Shown here: positions 38,300 through 52,324 of the stretch, in pieces | How positions within the stretch are numbered: the stretch's first letter is position 1 | Layout: every line of letters begins with the position of its first letter | Position numbers and translations under genes: made by a program | Notes under the pieces: generated by a model | What the model was told of the DNA's origin: nothing | The model's database searches: none | Seen by the model: only the letters and a program-made list of their open reading frames with translations | Origin: Octopus vulgaris | Lineage: Eukaryota | Assembly (NCBI GenBank): GCA_951406725.2 | Contig: OX597816.1 | Coordinates: 127,844,001-127,908,000, forward strand | Reading direction: 5' to 3' | DNA length: 64,000 nt

Positions 38300-39900
38300 A
38301 GAGGTGTGAATGTGTCTTGTGTATCCAATGTTTGAATCAAAGTTTAAAATTTTCTTGTTTATAACTGAAATTTGCATATTATGTTTTCTTTTTTAAAGCA
38401 TCTTTAGTGGATGAAACTTTTAAATCACCACTCAAAATAATGTGCCTACAGGCATTTCCTATCTCTTCATCCACTGACTATTCTCATACATGTACATGCA
38501 TCTGTTCATATTTTTGTGTATATTTAGGAGCTACATAGGTTGTTCCTTATTTTTTGCTTTATATCTAAGCTTGGGTTAGTGTTGTGTTCAGAATTCATGT
38601 TGGATCTATGTTGGATTGTAAAGCTGAAGTTGGAATTATTTTTGAAAAATCTTTTATAATTCTATTTCTTTACTAACCGCAAAGCGCTAAACACAGAGGG
38701 GACAAACAGATTAAGTCGATTACATCGACAGCAGTGCATAACTGGTACTTATTTAATCGACCCCGAAAGGATGAAAGGCAAAGTTGACGTTGGCGGAATT
38801 TTAACTCAGAACGTAACAGCAGTTGGAATACCGCTAAGCATTTCGCCTGGTGCACTAACATCTCTGCCAGCTCGCCACCTTTTATAATTATAAATCTAAT
38901 TGAATAAATATATATAATTATAAATCTTTTATAATTCTATCACAATGATCATCTCATTAATGTTCTTCGTATATATGATGAGATTATATTTAAGAACAAC
39001 ATTATTTTACTTTATGTAGAATGTAATGATGTGGGAGATGTGAGATTTACAGATTCCATTGTGAGCAATGGAACAGAATGCTTATTATTCAGGCTAATAG
39101 AAACTTCCTGAGGATTTTCCCTGGCTTATTTTGTGATTTTATTGTAGTATGTATATCTTGTGTAATATTATTCCTATAATTACCATTATGAGAACATTAT
39201 TAAAATCGTTTTCAACATCTTTAGCATCAGTATTGTCAGCATTGTCAGTTTCTTGTAAAATTTCTAGGAATTCACCTGATGACCGTATATTGTATCTATT
39301 GGATGTTTCTTTATAATACTAACCGCTTGTTTAGCGATTCTCTGATTTGGTGTGTTGATTTGGGAGATTAGAACACTGAGCTGGAGCAGTTATTCTACTT
39401 GTAAATTTTTAAGGCACCATAAATGTATGCTGGGGTAAAATCTGCTTTTGTGCATTGGAAATAATTCCTATTTCTGTGTTTACAATAGTGATTAATTTAT
39501 TCAGCTTAATTCTTAATTGTGCAACATTGTTTTTCCTAATTTGGGTGAATTTACTTACCATGATCCTGTAATATATTGTCAATTTTTGAGATGTGTCTTT
39601 CTTTATAATAATGAGCACATTACTCATTTTTATGTTATACTTTTATAATTGTTTTATAAATCTTGCAGAGCTATAATAGTTTAACATTCTTATTGGATAT
39701 ATTTGGTTGTTCATTCTATTTTTCTTTTTGTTGCTCTCCTGAATAAATTTCCAATTTTTATTGTACATTTGTCACTAAGAGTCTTAAAGTAATTCAAATT
39801 CAACATCCTTTCTCCTTTGATCATAATTAAGGTGCAACTTTGTTTGGGGTGTTTAATTTTATCAAAGTTAAGTGTATATCATAAGTCAGCAAGAAATTGT
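38300..39900 (-). mobile_element. Decayed Penelope-like RT region, interrupted by a SINE
   Basis: Minus-strand LISQINTPNQRIAKQ and IRSSGEFLEIL...KDVENDFNNV resemble the Penelope PIISQIxTP and SLDVESLFTNV motifs. Confidence 0.65.
38666..38880 (-). mobile_element. Young Meta-domain-like tRNA SINE with a probable ~19-bp target-site duplication
   Basis: ggtggcgagctggcagag head, gagttaaaattcc B-box region, gcctttcatcctttcggggtcgattaaataagtaccag core; aaatcttttataattctat-like sequence at 38647-38665 and 38922-38940. Confidence 0.85.
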
Positions 39901-40406
39901 GTTTCTTGTATAAGCAACAAATATTTAACTTGAAAAGGTGAGTAAGCTTCCATTTATTGTTCATTCTTCCTCAATGTAAACAAAATCAGTATTTGTTCAT
40001 AGCTAAGAAAAAAAATTACATGAACAGTTGTTATTTAGTGAGTTTTCAATGTCATCTTCTCAGTTGAGGAATTTCCTGGGATAACTTTCTGATATACAGA
40101 TTTCAAATGTGCTTTTTTTTTTTTTTTGACACTTCATAGTGATATGTATTTTGGAAATATCATTTCTTTCAAACTCGTGATATTGAATACACCAATGTAA
40201 TCAAATTTGTTTTTATTGTGTATTTTTTATATTTCCTTATTAAGCTATTGTGCTTTATTTTGGAACAATAATTTTCCTAAGTCAATTAATGTTTCAAGTC
40301 ATTTCTGGTCTCATCATCTGTATGAAATGGTAGTAGTGTCATACTGTTGCTGCGTTTAGCAGGAGACAGCAAACAGCAATATATCATGGGAATAATGTGT
40401 CTAATA

Positions 40407-40560
40407 CACTGGCACTCTGTCAGTTATGATCAGGAGAATTCCGGTTGATCTGATTAACAGAATAGCCTACTTGTGAAATAAATGTGCAAGTGGTTGATCA
40501 TTCCACAGACATGCATACCCTTAGCATAGTTCTCAGGGAGATCCAGTGTGATACAGAATG
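40407..40560 (+). mobile_element. Nin/Deu-domain-like SINE fragment
   Basis: aacagaatagcctacttgtgaaataaatgtgcaagtggttgatcattccacagac recalled as a Nin/Deu-type core. Confidence 0.5.
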
Positions 40561-41739
40561 TATCACTTATTGCTCTTCTCAAGCACAGCAAACCACCCAT
40601 CATCTTGGTCCTTAATCATCTCCTCCATAAGGTTCAGCATCTCTAGATCAGTGTCTGCTACTTTGTCCCAGATTTCTCTGGGTCTCCCTTTTCCACCAGT
40701 TCCATCCAATTTAAACAACAAGCATTTCTTTATTCAGTTCTCCTTATCCATATGCACTGCATGACTGAGCCAGTGCAGTCTCCTCTCTTGTAATATCATT
40801 CCTTTTTTTGTATATATAATAAATAACAAGTAACACTTTGGTAAGATTTAAATCATGTATCTCCTTAATGCAAACAGAAAATTTGCATATTTTTGTTTGT
40901 TTCAAATTAAGCTACAAGTATTTACTTGAAATACATAGCACTCACCTAAACACAGACTCATAAATTTCATTTGGTTACAGCTCAATGAGCCAGTCTTCTA
41001 TTAATGTCAAATGTAGCCATATATCCCATTTTGGTTTCGTGTGTACTTAAGAATTAATCTGAAATTAAAGGGGAATAAATTGCTAATGAATACCTAATTA
41101 ATTTTAATAGATACTTGGCATCAATTGCTTGCAGAACATGCAAGAGACATCTGGTTCATATGTCAGTAGGCACCTAGTTATTGTCATTGTTGGGTTGTTA
41201 TGAATGTGTGGGTGTTCACCCTTCTTGTGTACAAAAATCATCTCAGATATATATTTGTATTTTATTCAAACATGTATAGAAATATATGCACGCACACACT
41301 TACTCCTCCAGGGATAGTTAACATATTTATAAATTTGGCAGCTAGTATGTAGCTATTGAGAACATAGTTACAAATCATATAGATTTAAATTAACGCTATA
41401 CAAGGCACTACCTACAGCTTCTCGCTTAACATATTCTTTTGTGTCTCCTTTAAAATTACTGTGCATCAAGCAACCATCGTCACAAATTTCAGTCAGTGTT
41501 TTGCATAATGTCTAAATATTTGCTCCAAGATGTAAGAGTTGCAGCTGCTGCTGCCACTACTATTACTACTACACCCAACATTGGCATCTGTCAATCATGT
41601 CCAATACATTTCTTTAAAAAGGTGCATCTGCTGTCAGATAGTCAGAAGGAAATATAATTAACATGGTTCTTTTGAAAATGGTTAAAATGATATCTGTTCT
41701 TACAGTGTTTATGTAATTCTTGGGAATATGATGACTTTT

Positions 41740-42750
41740 TTTTCCAAAAATGCATTTGTATAGAATAATGGCAGAGAAGTTGTTTAGCTTTTATTCGATG
41801 CTAATGAGATATTATGGAAAAGTAGTTTTGAAAACAAACGAGGAATTTAGCTTGAATTTAGATGTCCATCAGGTTTTGGTTTTCATCCATTTCCTGTTTA
41901 TTACACTTCTCCAGCAAAGACACGAGTTTTAGTTTGCAGCAAAGAAGGCAGGGTTCAGCTGTTATCTGAGAAGTGCCTGATATGCAGAAAAGGATGAGGT
42001 TCAAGTTTCAATGGTGTATCAAATGTAAACTATAGGTGCTTAAGAGTTGCAGTGAAATTCCACACCGGCCAGTTGAAATGTAAGGTTTTGTATGTGGCAT
42101 GTGTGCAGAAGAAATTATCAGTAAAAATATTCATGAAATAAAATCTTTTAGATGCTTTTTTAAATGATTGGAAGGCTCCCTACAAGTAGTTCATAGCTTT
42201 TGTAGCACAACTAAAAGTGGAAGTGGCTGTTACGAATAGGATAGAAGGCGGTGAAAAGATTTCAGATACTTGTACCAGTAATAAAGGGGTTTGCTCTGTT
42301 TGAGTGAAGAATGGACTATAATGCTTGTGCCTGAAGTGTGATGTTGCATTGAAGTAGAAGGCAAAGAATATATGAAAGTGGGAAAGAAATAAGGTGAACA
42401 TGCTCTATTGGATGTGTTATGTTACAGTGCTTAAAAATGGAGCGCAAATGAGCTGTGAGAAAATCTGTGTATTTGAGGAATTAGATGAAATTTGCAAGGC
42501 AGAGAGGACCGTGCTAATACAGACTCATGAGGCATATACAGGATAACAGTTAGATAAAGTAATGACTAACAATCAAAATAAAAGGAGACTTTGGAAGAGA
42601 GAAAGAGAGTAATGAGGAAGCATTGATGCTGGATTTCAGAAGGTTAAACTTCATGAAAGGGATGAGAAGGAACTACAAGAAGTGATAGGTTGCTGTAGAG
42701 AGGACCCATCAAATTCATGCAAGCCTGGAAACACATGTAAAAATGATGAT
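41740..42750 (+). mobile_element. Heavily decayed RTE LINE
   Basis: EEF...DVHQVLV..FLFI (GVHQGSVLSPLLF-like), LQVVHSFC, and an RTE-type tail catgcaagcctggaaaacacatgtaaaaatgatgat. Confidence 0.55.
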
Positions 42751-44891
42751 AACCTATTTGTAAACTTTTACTGGCACAGATACTACTGTGAACCAGTGAT
42801 TTGTCTTCTGCATCCTGCCACTAGCTACACTATCATTCTCCAATAGCAATATGAAATGTAAATAAATACCTTATTATTTGACAGTTCTTTTACTGTTCCC
42901 TCCAGTACTTGTGAAACTTTTTAAAGGTTTTCTTAAGTATATCTCTTCTTTCTTGTATTCATTAGTATACCAGAATACAATATAGCAAAAAGGCTAGTTA
43001 TTGATCAGCTATCAATGCAGAAACTAGCTTGAATAAAAAGGTTTACCTCTTTTATTGCTACTATCTTTAATTAGCTTAAAATGATTCTACCTCTTTAAAG
43101 AGTATTGGTTTGTTGATTCCACCTTTCTCTCTTTGTTTTATAACAGAAGTTGTACACTCTTTTGTTGGGGAAAGATTGCTAGATATTTTCGGAATTCTTA
43201 ATAGTTAACATTAAGATAACTTATGTCACAGAATATAATTTTAAACATTGAATATTAATAAGTATTTCAGTAAGGACGTACTGTCCACCAACTCATTCAT
43301 CTAAAAACTGAATGAATTTATCTCCATATTGCTTTTAAATATTGAGAAAAATATTAAAGATTTTCTTTTCTGTATGTGTGTGAGTGCCTGTATGTATAGA
43401 TGAATATAAAATTTCTTTTAAACAAAATCTTACAAGAAAAATGTTGTCCAATCATACCAGTAAATTAACTTCTATTTTTCTAAACAGTTTTACCATGACT
43501 GAGTGAATCTGTTGCCAGATCTCACTTTCGGTTGTAGTTGTTGGATATAAATCGAATGCTTAAAAAAAAATGCCATAACTTTTGTTGAACAATAAGGTTG
43601 TCCTCCTACACATTGTATAATAATGTTGTCCACCTACACATTGCGGGAGAATGTGTTTTACATATGTATTACAATTTAAAGACTTTAATAAATATCCAGA
43701 TGGATATGTTGCTGAAATTTATGTAACTTGAGGAAATTTTTTAAAATAGCAGTATATTTTACAGACAATTACATATGCATATACATATTATATGTATATG
43801 TATAATATACATATAAATGCTCACATGTATAAATATATATATATATATATACAAGTCCTAGTGGTTTAGGGTCTTAGTAATTTGTGGTAAATCATTTTAC
43901 CTTTGCCCATATAATACAGTAACTGAATTGATTGCATCGTAATCATTAACATTTATGTATTAACTTTGTTGGGTACTTCACTAGCAGTATATTGGATATA
44001 TGTTATCCCATGGAGGGTTGCTTTTATAACCCCTATCTCAATTTGTATATATATATAAATGAAACAAGAATGCAAGACATCCAGACAGTTAGGTGATATG
44101 AAAAAGGGACAACAAAACATCCAGACAGACGATGCAAAGAAAACAAGGACGGGTCATTCGGAGTTTCCTTTCCTCAGTTGAGTTCCAGATTATCTTTGCA
44201 ATTTCAGCTGGTTATACTTGAGATTGCTCCAATACAGCTAGCCCCAAGGAAAAACTAAGCTAAGAGCACTAGATTCCTTGGAATAAAGCAGCAAATGTAT
44301 ACGAAAACAAGGACAGCTAAAAAAGAAAATGGTACTCAAATACAAGTAACAGAACATTAACAATGGGTGTCTTTCGACTAAGGATGAATTAAACTGGCGT
44401 GTGTGGAAGCTAGTTATATAATATATGCATGGTATAATTATAAACAAAGAGAATGGAATGAGGAAGTCCTTTTATTACAGTAATTCACAATTTTTCATCT
44501 GAGTTTGATCTCATGAATATTGCTACATTATGCAATAACATATGCTACAATTGATTCAGGAGGTGTTATTCACACATATCAAAAGTCAATTCTTCAGAAT
44601 CATGCATAACATTTATTTGCATTACTGTTGTCTTATAGCTTGGACCTGTGGATGAGCTTAGTAAGAGTAAACTCCAAGATTAATACCCAAATGAAATTAT
44701 TTACATATACGTTGGTTGTCTACTCCTTATGCAGAGTTTGACCACTTCTTGTACCTACACCTTAGCACCGTCATGGCATCTGATGTGGCTTTTTAAACCA
44801 GACAATGTTCTGAAAAGGCACCCACATAGATTGCATCTCTGATTTGGACCACCAAGAGCAGCAGATAAGTTCTGCTTTTTGTGGATCTTAA

Positions 44892-44934
<43 letters not shown>

Positions 44935-46057
44935 CCTTTTTGTTTATTTAATGTTTATTTTTGCATATTAAGCATTGGCTGAATGGGTGAGGTATTTGTG
45001 GTACAATTTTTTAAGGCTGGGTATCCTTCTTGTTGCTAGACATGGCTCAATTTTCAAGTAAGGGATTATTTTTATGCTATAGGAATTTGAAAGTGCAGAG
45101 CGACCCGATGTTGACTTGACAGGAACTATCAAAAAATACCATTAATTGTTGCCCAGCTGCAAACGGCGATATATGACTAGATGCAGTTGAGCTGCAAACA
45201 ACGATATTATCATGTGTAACTGCCACTGAGCATAAAATTGTGACTATAGGTGATGAAGTGACTGTAGGCATTCACACAGATACACATATATACACATCCA
45301 CATTGTCACACACAGACGTGTCCATTTAGATGAAATTATTGTTATTGTTTATGCATTATTGTTGTTTAAGCATTATTACCTTCTTGGTTTCGTCTTGAGT
45401 GTACTCTTTCACCATTTTAGTCCTAGTGGTTTAGGGTCTTCAGATTATCAGGTGTTGGACTGGGTCTAGTTTTATTGTTTCTGTTGTTGCTTCAATCTAT
45501 ATTAAGGATTTTAGGCTCTTATATTTAATTGGTTCTGTATGGAGGTTTATATTTAGTTATTGGACCAATGCATTTGAAAATCATAGCTATTAGAATTATT
45601 AGGTTAGATATTAGCTAGTTATGTTACTGTGGACTTCTCACACATACACACACACACATATATATATATTATGTGGCATTGTTGTTCAACTTGTATAGAA
45701 TAACAAAACATTTACTGATGGCGGGACTCTATATTTAGTGGAGCAAAATTTATTGATAATATTGATTTGACTGGGACTTCAAGTCTCACTTTTAGCAGTT
45801 TCTTCAACCAGTCTGATAAAATAACCCATTAAAGCCAAATCTGAAGTCTTTGGCAAATCAATATTATCAATTCACACACACACACACATACAGTTATAGT
45901 AGTATTGTACATTAATAAATATTACTTAAAATTTCTGGGTTTCCTTATATTAAACAAATTTAGTTGCTTCTAAAATGTACACCTCTTAAGAAACTCAAAA
46001 GCCATATTACTTTCTTCAGAGGTTTCACATATTTTAATAAAAGTGTGGTTCTAATGT

Positions 46058-46345
46058 TGGAATCACATGGCTTAGTGTTGGACTCATAATCGTAATATTG
46101 TGGTTTCAATTCCCGGAGCAGGCGATGCATTGTGCTCTTGAGCAAAACACTTCATTTCATGCTGCATCAGTCCACTCAGCTGCAGAAATGTGCACCACTA
46201 GTAGAGTCATGTCACTCAGTGGTTAGGATGTTGGATTCATGACAGTAAGATTGTGGTTTCAATTCCTGGAGTGGGCAGCCCATTGTATTCTCGAGCAAAA
46301 ACTTCATTTCATGTTGTTCCAGTCCACTTAGCTGTGGAAATGAAT
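46058..46345 (+). mobile_element. Tandem dimer of a tRNA-derived SINE head and core
   Basis: Two ~145-bp diverged units, each with gtttcaattcc B box and gagcaaaa..cttcatttcatg...cagtccact.agctg. Confidence 0.7.
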
Positions 46346-48329
46346 TTGGCCTGGAGAAGGATGGGCTCCACCAGGCATTCTTGTCCTAGAACCACTGCAT
46401 AGCTGCAGCACCCCAATGGACCCCATGGGGCTAAGGGACTTGTCAGTTGTTAATTATGGTTCTAATGAACTATTATAATTACATGTTTGAATCAGTTCCC
46501 CCAAACTGAATCATTGGTTTGGCTTGGTTCTCCTTGTTCAAATTATCGCCAGTTCTCCAAAAAGTGCAAACTACCAATGATAAACATTGGCAGTTCCTTA
46601 CTGTAGTTATCACCGGTGACATTTGTCATTTTCCAACTATGTTGTTCAAACCTGCGTACCTTATTGAGATTTCAGTCAGCCATTAAGTGGTAACCACTTT
46701 GCAAACTGATCTTAACATTAGTTCTGTACACATCATGAACTAATGATCAACCAGAAATCATTTATACTTAGCATTTATATTCCATAAGCCAATATACTAA
46801 ATATTTTATATACCATAAGACAATTTACTCAACATTATATATTCTGTAACATATTCTCTTCTTATGATACCAAGTTGTCTGAGACAGCTTCTCATTCTTT
46901 GATACAAATTACCTGTTTAAAGTGATCTAAATTAAAACCTTTTAAAATTTCATGTAAATATACTGTAACAAAATAAGGTGGCAAATTGGCAGAATCATTA
47001 GCACACTGAACAAGATGCATAGTGGCATTTTATCTGTCATTACATTCTGAGTTCAAATTCCACTGAGGTCAATTTTGTCATCATTTTGGGAGGTCAGTGA
47101 AATAAGTAGCAGTTGAGCACGTGAGTCAATGTAATTGACTTATTCCCTTCCTCAAAATTACTGGCCAAAATTTGAAACCAATATATGGTAACAAAATATT
47201 AATCATGTTCTTTATGCCGCTTCCTATTATGCTTTCTGTATTTAACTTTTATTCTCAAATATGCTAAACTTCATTGAAGTTTTGTTGTATTATATTGTCA
47301 ATATGTTTTCGAACCATGCTGTGGTCAACTTTACTTTTCATTCTTTTGAGGTGAATGAAATACTGTGTCAATGATACTGACTTAGCTCTTCCCCTTGAAA
47401 CTCTTGGCCTTGTGCCAAATTTAGGAACAGTTATTTTGTTAATATGTAATTTAGTTTAATGGAAAATTTTAAATTTTCTTTAAACATGATCTGTTAATGT
47501 AATGCAAATATGGCCTTCATCTATTTCCATTTTCTTAAGTAGATGCATTGAAGTAAGCTATCTCTGTTAAGTTCAGTAGAAGGCTTCTTTATAATATACC
47601 CATTGTTACTTAAGCACAGTAAGTCAATAAAACATTCATTAATAACATAGTATTCCTCTTTTCCTGCAACATTGTGCTGCTCATTTCATGGTACTTATTT
47701 ACAGCTTTGTAGACTGGGCCTGGCACTGATTTCATATGGAGGTCAACATAATCTATACAACTAGCTATGGCTACCATTAAACATAAGATCTCTCAACATT
47801 TATTTCAAAACATGTTTTTAATGATTTTACTAACTAAATTTATGATGTTCAGATCAATGGTTCTTTGAATTGAAATCCAAATAATATCAAAATGTTTCCA
47901 ATATATTGATGTAATAGAGAGTTATATCAATTCTCAAAGCACTCCTCATAACTAATTATTCACTTGCAAATTTATAAGAATTAATCTTACCATACTTTTC
48001 TTTTAATTCCTTCTATTCATTTTTTTTAATATTGAATATATGTGTTTTGTAGCAATTTATCATATATTGTTTGAAATAGATTATAATTTCAGGGTAGAAA
48101 TTATAATTTTTCTCATCTCAGTATGTGTCTATCATCACATGACTTCATGTCTTTAATATTTTAAAATTTCTAAATGCTTTTACCCACTTTGAATACTACC
48201 ATTATCATTAACAGAATTGCTTAAATGCATTTTCCTTCTTTCTTTTTTTATGTAATAGCTATTGTTCTCAGTTGTTACCACCTCTCTCTCTATCTGTCTA
48301 TGTATACATGTGCATATATATATATGTGT

Positions 48330-48370
<41 letters not shown>

Positions 48371-50351
48371 ACATATTAATTCATGTTATATAAGATTTAA
48401 AATGTATTTCTAACCCATATCATCACTGGGCAGGTAACCAGCATTTTAAAAGATGTGATATCTTCCATTCAATATGATTTCACTGGGTTTTTGCCAAAGT
48501 TCTGTCTCTTTATTTTATTTCTTCATTCTCTCTCTTTTCTTCATTATACAAGCTGTTTTCTGTTGATCAGTCTATGTGATTCATTGTACAGTGGCGCCAT
48601 TACTCCATAAGTATGTCTATATTTGAAGAGAAAATGCGTGACAATAGTTGCACACTGGCTTCTTCAAACAGAGATATATGAAATTTGACTGAGGATGAAT
48701 TGGATGATGGCTGCTATTCCATTCTGAAACAAATTCTGTTAGATATTGATCTGCTGTTTGTTCATAGGTTGCTGCATACATCAGGCTGTGTGTAGCTGTT
48801 CTTCCACATGGTTGTCTGTAAAAGCAGTTACGTACACTTGAAATAAATTAACTAGAATCACATTGCTACTACAGTGTGAGCTATTCGTCCAACTTAGCAT
48901 ACAATATTTTTCTGTTCACTCTGTCACAAGGCTGCTTTACTATTCTCTTGCTACAGATTTACAGAAGATCAGATATACATTTATTTGATTCTATAAGTCT
49001 TTCCAATAACCTTCAGAGGTCATCTTTTTTTCCGTTTTTTCCTTTCTTTCTGTTTTCACATTTTTGTTTTTGCTATCAGAATAGCATCTATATTAATTTT
49101 TCATCTTACATTCTTCCTTCAGCTCTTCTGTGCTGAAGCTTATCATTTTTGGTGGAAAACTGCACATTATTTAGTGATCTATAAAGGTCCGGGTATATGG
49201 CATTTGTTATTGTTCGTATTTTTCTTTCTCCTGTGTTTTTTTTTTTTATACATGAAGTAGTTATTGATACATATATCAAGCAATGAACAAATAGTTAGCT
49301 GAAAAGCTAGATGGTTCATTTCAAAAGGATATATCATTTTAGTTATACTTCAACTTTATCACCTGTAGATATTAGACATGCCAATGGTAATGCCTAGAGG
49401 GTGACAGGTTATGAATATAAGTCCCGCATATACTTCAGTATATCAGTGAAGATAACTATAATCAAAGTGTATTGTATTTATAGATATGTACACATGTATA
49501 CGCACTCACGCATTAATCATATGTAAAACTGTTTACATACAAAATATGTGTGTGAATATATATATACACAACGTTCCTTCAGACTTTTATTCTTCATGAA
49601 GTGGTAGAGGAACCATCATGATATATGGGAGGTCCCAAGCATTTTTAGACTTGGCAGAAGCCATTCCTATCCAGGTCTGACTACACCTAATGACATCCAG
49701 AAAGGAACATAAAAAGACAGGAAAAAAGGAAAAAGAGAGGGTGAAAGCAAAGAATTAACCCCAATAGGAGATTGACATTTATTGATACCAAAATTATGAA
49801 AGGCCAAAGCTTAACCTGCCAGTATTTGAATTTAGCGTGGAGAATGCCTCAATGAATAACAAAATGCAATCTTTCTGACACACGAAAAACACTGTCAATG
49901 TCACCTAGAGTGTGTTACTATCATTTAACATCTGCTTTCTATGCTGACATCGGTTGCATAGTCTGATGGGATAAAACAAGACAGATAACTGCATTGAGCT
50001 CCAGTGTCTCCTTTAGCATCATTTCTGGTGCCAGTTCAAAGTACACTTTATGCACTGAGAGATGCATTTTGGGTTACTTAGCTTTCTTCAGTATCAGAAT
50101 CAGGTACTCAGAGAGACCATACATGTGTGTGTGTGTGTGTGAGTGAGAGAGAGAGTGTGAGTGTGTGTATTATAATAGATACATATGAAGCTATGTGCAT
50201 TCTCGCTAGGAGATTTGGTGAGTTGCTTATTATTGCCAAGTGCAGTAGTAAACATGAAACCAACGGTATCTTCTTGACCAGTCATGTGCCATAACCATGA
50301 ATATAATACTTTTCTTATATATATGTGTGTGTGTACTTATGTGTATGTGTG

Positions 50352-50520
50352 TACAGGGGTTGGACAAAATAATGGAAACACCTAGCATCATAATTTTGAA
50401 ATATCTATAAAACTGTCAAAAGCTTGTTTAGTTTTTAATGTTTTTTGATTTATTATTAATGTTGCTTAATATAGTTTGTTAAAATTGCTATTTTACCCCT
50501 GCTATTTCCCCCACTGAAAT
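50352..50520 (+). mobile_element. Tc1-like transposon end
   Basis: TA followed by caggggttggacaaaataatggaaacacc, a typical Tc1 TIR start; no partner TIR found. Confidence 0.5.
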
Positions 50521-50676
50521 ACGATGTAACTCTCATAACCTGTGGAAATTACTTCTGGAAGTGACTTTCTTTACCTTGGAATTGACGTTTTCACCATTAC
50601 TTAGTATCTCTATTATGTTATTTTATTTCATTTTACTATTTTAAATTCTCCTCACATATTAGATTCCGAACAATAC

Positions 50677-50826
50677 AGCCTCTCTGATGAAGCCCTGGGG
50701 CTCAATCATTGTCCAACTCCTGTCCAATGTTTCTTCAACCTTTGCACAATCCCTGTGTATTACTGGTGTGATGTGGAAAACATGGCGGATTGGACAACCC
50801 CATGGTAGAAACAGTTGTAAGGGTTT
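50677..50826 (+). ncRNA. Hammerhead ribozyme with an extended stem II
   Basis: ctct-CTGATGA(50684)-agccctgggg..tgtccaa...ttggaca.ccccatggta-GAAAC(50808)-agtt-GTA-aggg; intact core. Confidence 0.7.
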
Positions 50827-51007
50827 CATATTCGTTCACTCATTTATTGCTATTCATTTATTTTATTTATCCATATATCTACTTGTTTATTTGCTTATTT
50901 TGATCAGTTATACTTATGATAGTAATCAATTAATAAATAGATATAAATGAATGTTTACAGGCTGATGTTTGTTGATTGATTATCCTCTCCCTTTTCTTAT
51001 TTGCCTT

Positions 51008-51019
51008 ATGTATATGTGC

Positions 51020-51075
<56 letters not shown>

Positions 51076-51281
51076 ATGTATATATATGTGTATATATATA
51101 TATCTATATATACATATATATATGTGTATGTATATATATGTGTATATATATATATCTATATATACATATATATATGTGTATGTATATATATGTGTGTGTG
51201 TGTGTATCTATATATACATATATATATGTGTATGTATATATATGTGCATTATGTGTGTATATAAATGTATGTGTGTGTGTG

Positions 51282-51319
<38 letters not shown>

Positions 51320-51730
51320 TATATTTATATACACATATAATGCACACATATATATATATATATGTACGTGTATATATAAATGTATATATGTATATGCATA
51401 TATATATATGTATACCTTTTCTGCTGGCCACATCATGTAATTTTTTGAAAACGTTTTATCCTATATTAGGAGTATATATGTATATGCATATATACATATA
51501 TGTATACACACACACATATAATATATATATTAATGTATATATGTGTGTATATAAATTTGTGTATATGTATAAATTTATGTATACATATGTGTATATATAT
51601 ATATGCGTATATATACATTTATAAATATATATATATGTGCATATATATATATATGTGTGTATGTGTATATATATATGTATATATAAATATATGTATATAT
51701 TTATGTGTTTGTATATACATATATGTATAT
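51008..51730. repeat. Long compound TA/TG/CA microsatellite
   Basis: Direct reading; similar blocks at 52190-52470 and 52690-52975. Confidence 0.95.
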
Positions 51731-52059
51731 CATGTGACCGACCAGACCATCAGATGTTGTTACACATCGCTGGTCACAATGTGTTCGCATTGTTTTAGCC
51801 TTCGAATGTCGCCACCCCGCTGGCTAAGCGAGCAGGCCAACAGAAGAAAGAGTGGGAGAAAGAGTGCCCGACACTCAGGTACAAACTGTGATTGCAGTTT
51901 TGGTTGCATGTATTAGTATAGTTATGTTAGAAAACTCGTAGTTGACTCACTGAAAACATCATTAAGATTAAAATAAAAATTATCCCCAACAAAAAGCCAT
52001 CTCTGCTTATTTTTCCAAATATATATGTTACTGTACCAGGAACTTTCTCTTCATTATTC

Positions 52060-52190
52060 TTGGCATCCAGCTGTAGAAACACTGCCAGATCTGACTGGCC
52101 TGGTGCAGCCTTCGGGCTTGCCAGACCCCAGTTGAACCGTCCAACCCATGCTAGCATGGAAAGCAGACGTTAAACGATGATGGTGATGAT
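52060..52190 (+). mobile_element. RTE LINE 3' tail
   Basis: Matches the reverse complement of 5402-5530. Confidence 0.8.
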
Positions 52191-52250
52191 ACACACACAC
52201 ACACACACACACATATACGCACACTCATATATACATATACACACACACTC

Positions 52251-52324
<74 letters not shown>

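Noticed and set aside
48540-48815. Minus-strand exon-like segment
   Set aside because: No frame open from the acceptor; PVCNYC..ILME resembles an I-clade LINE zinc knuckle, but too weak to call either way.
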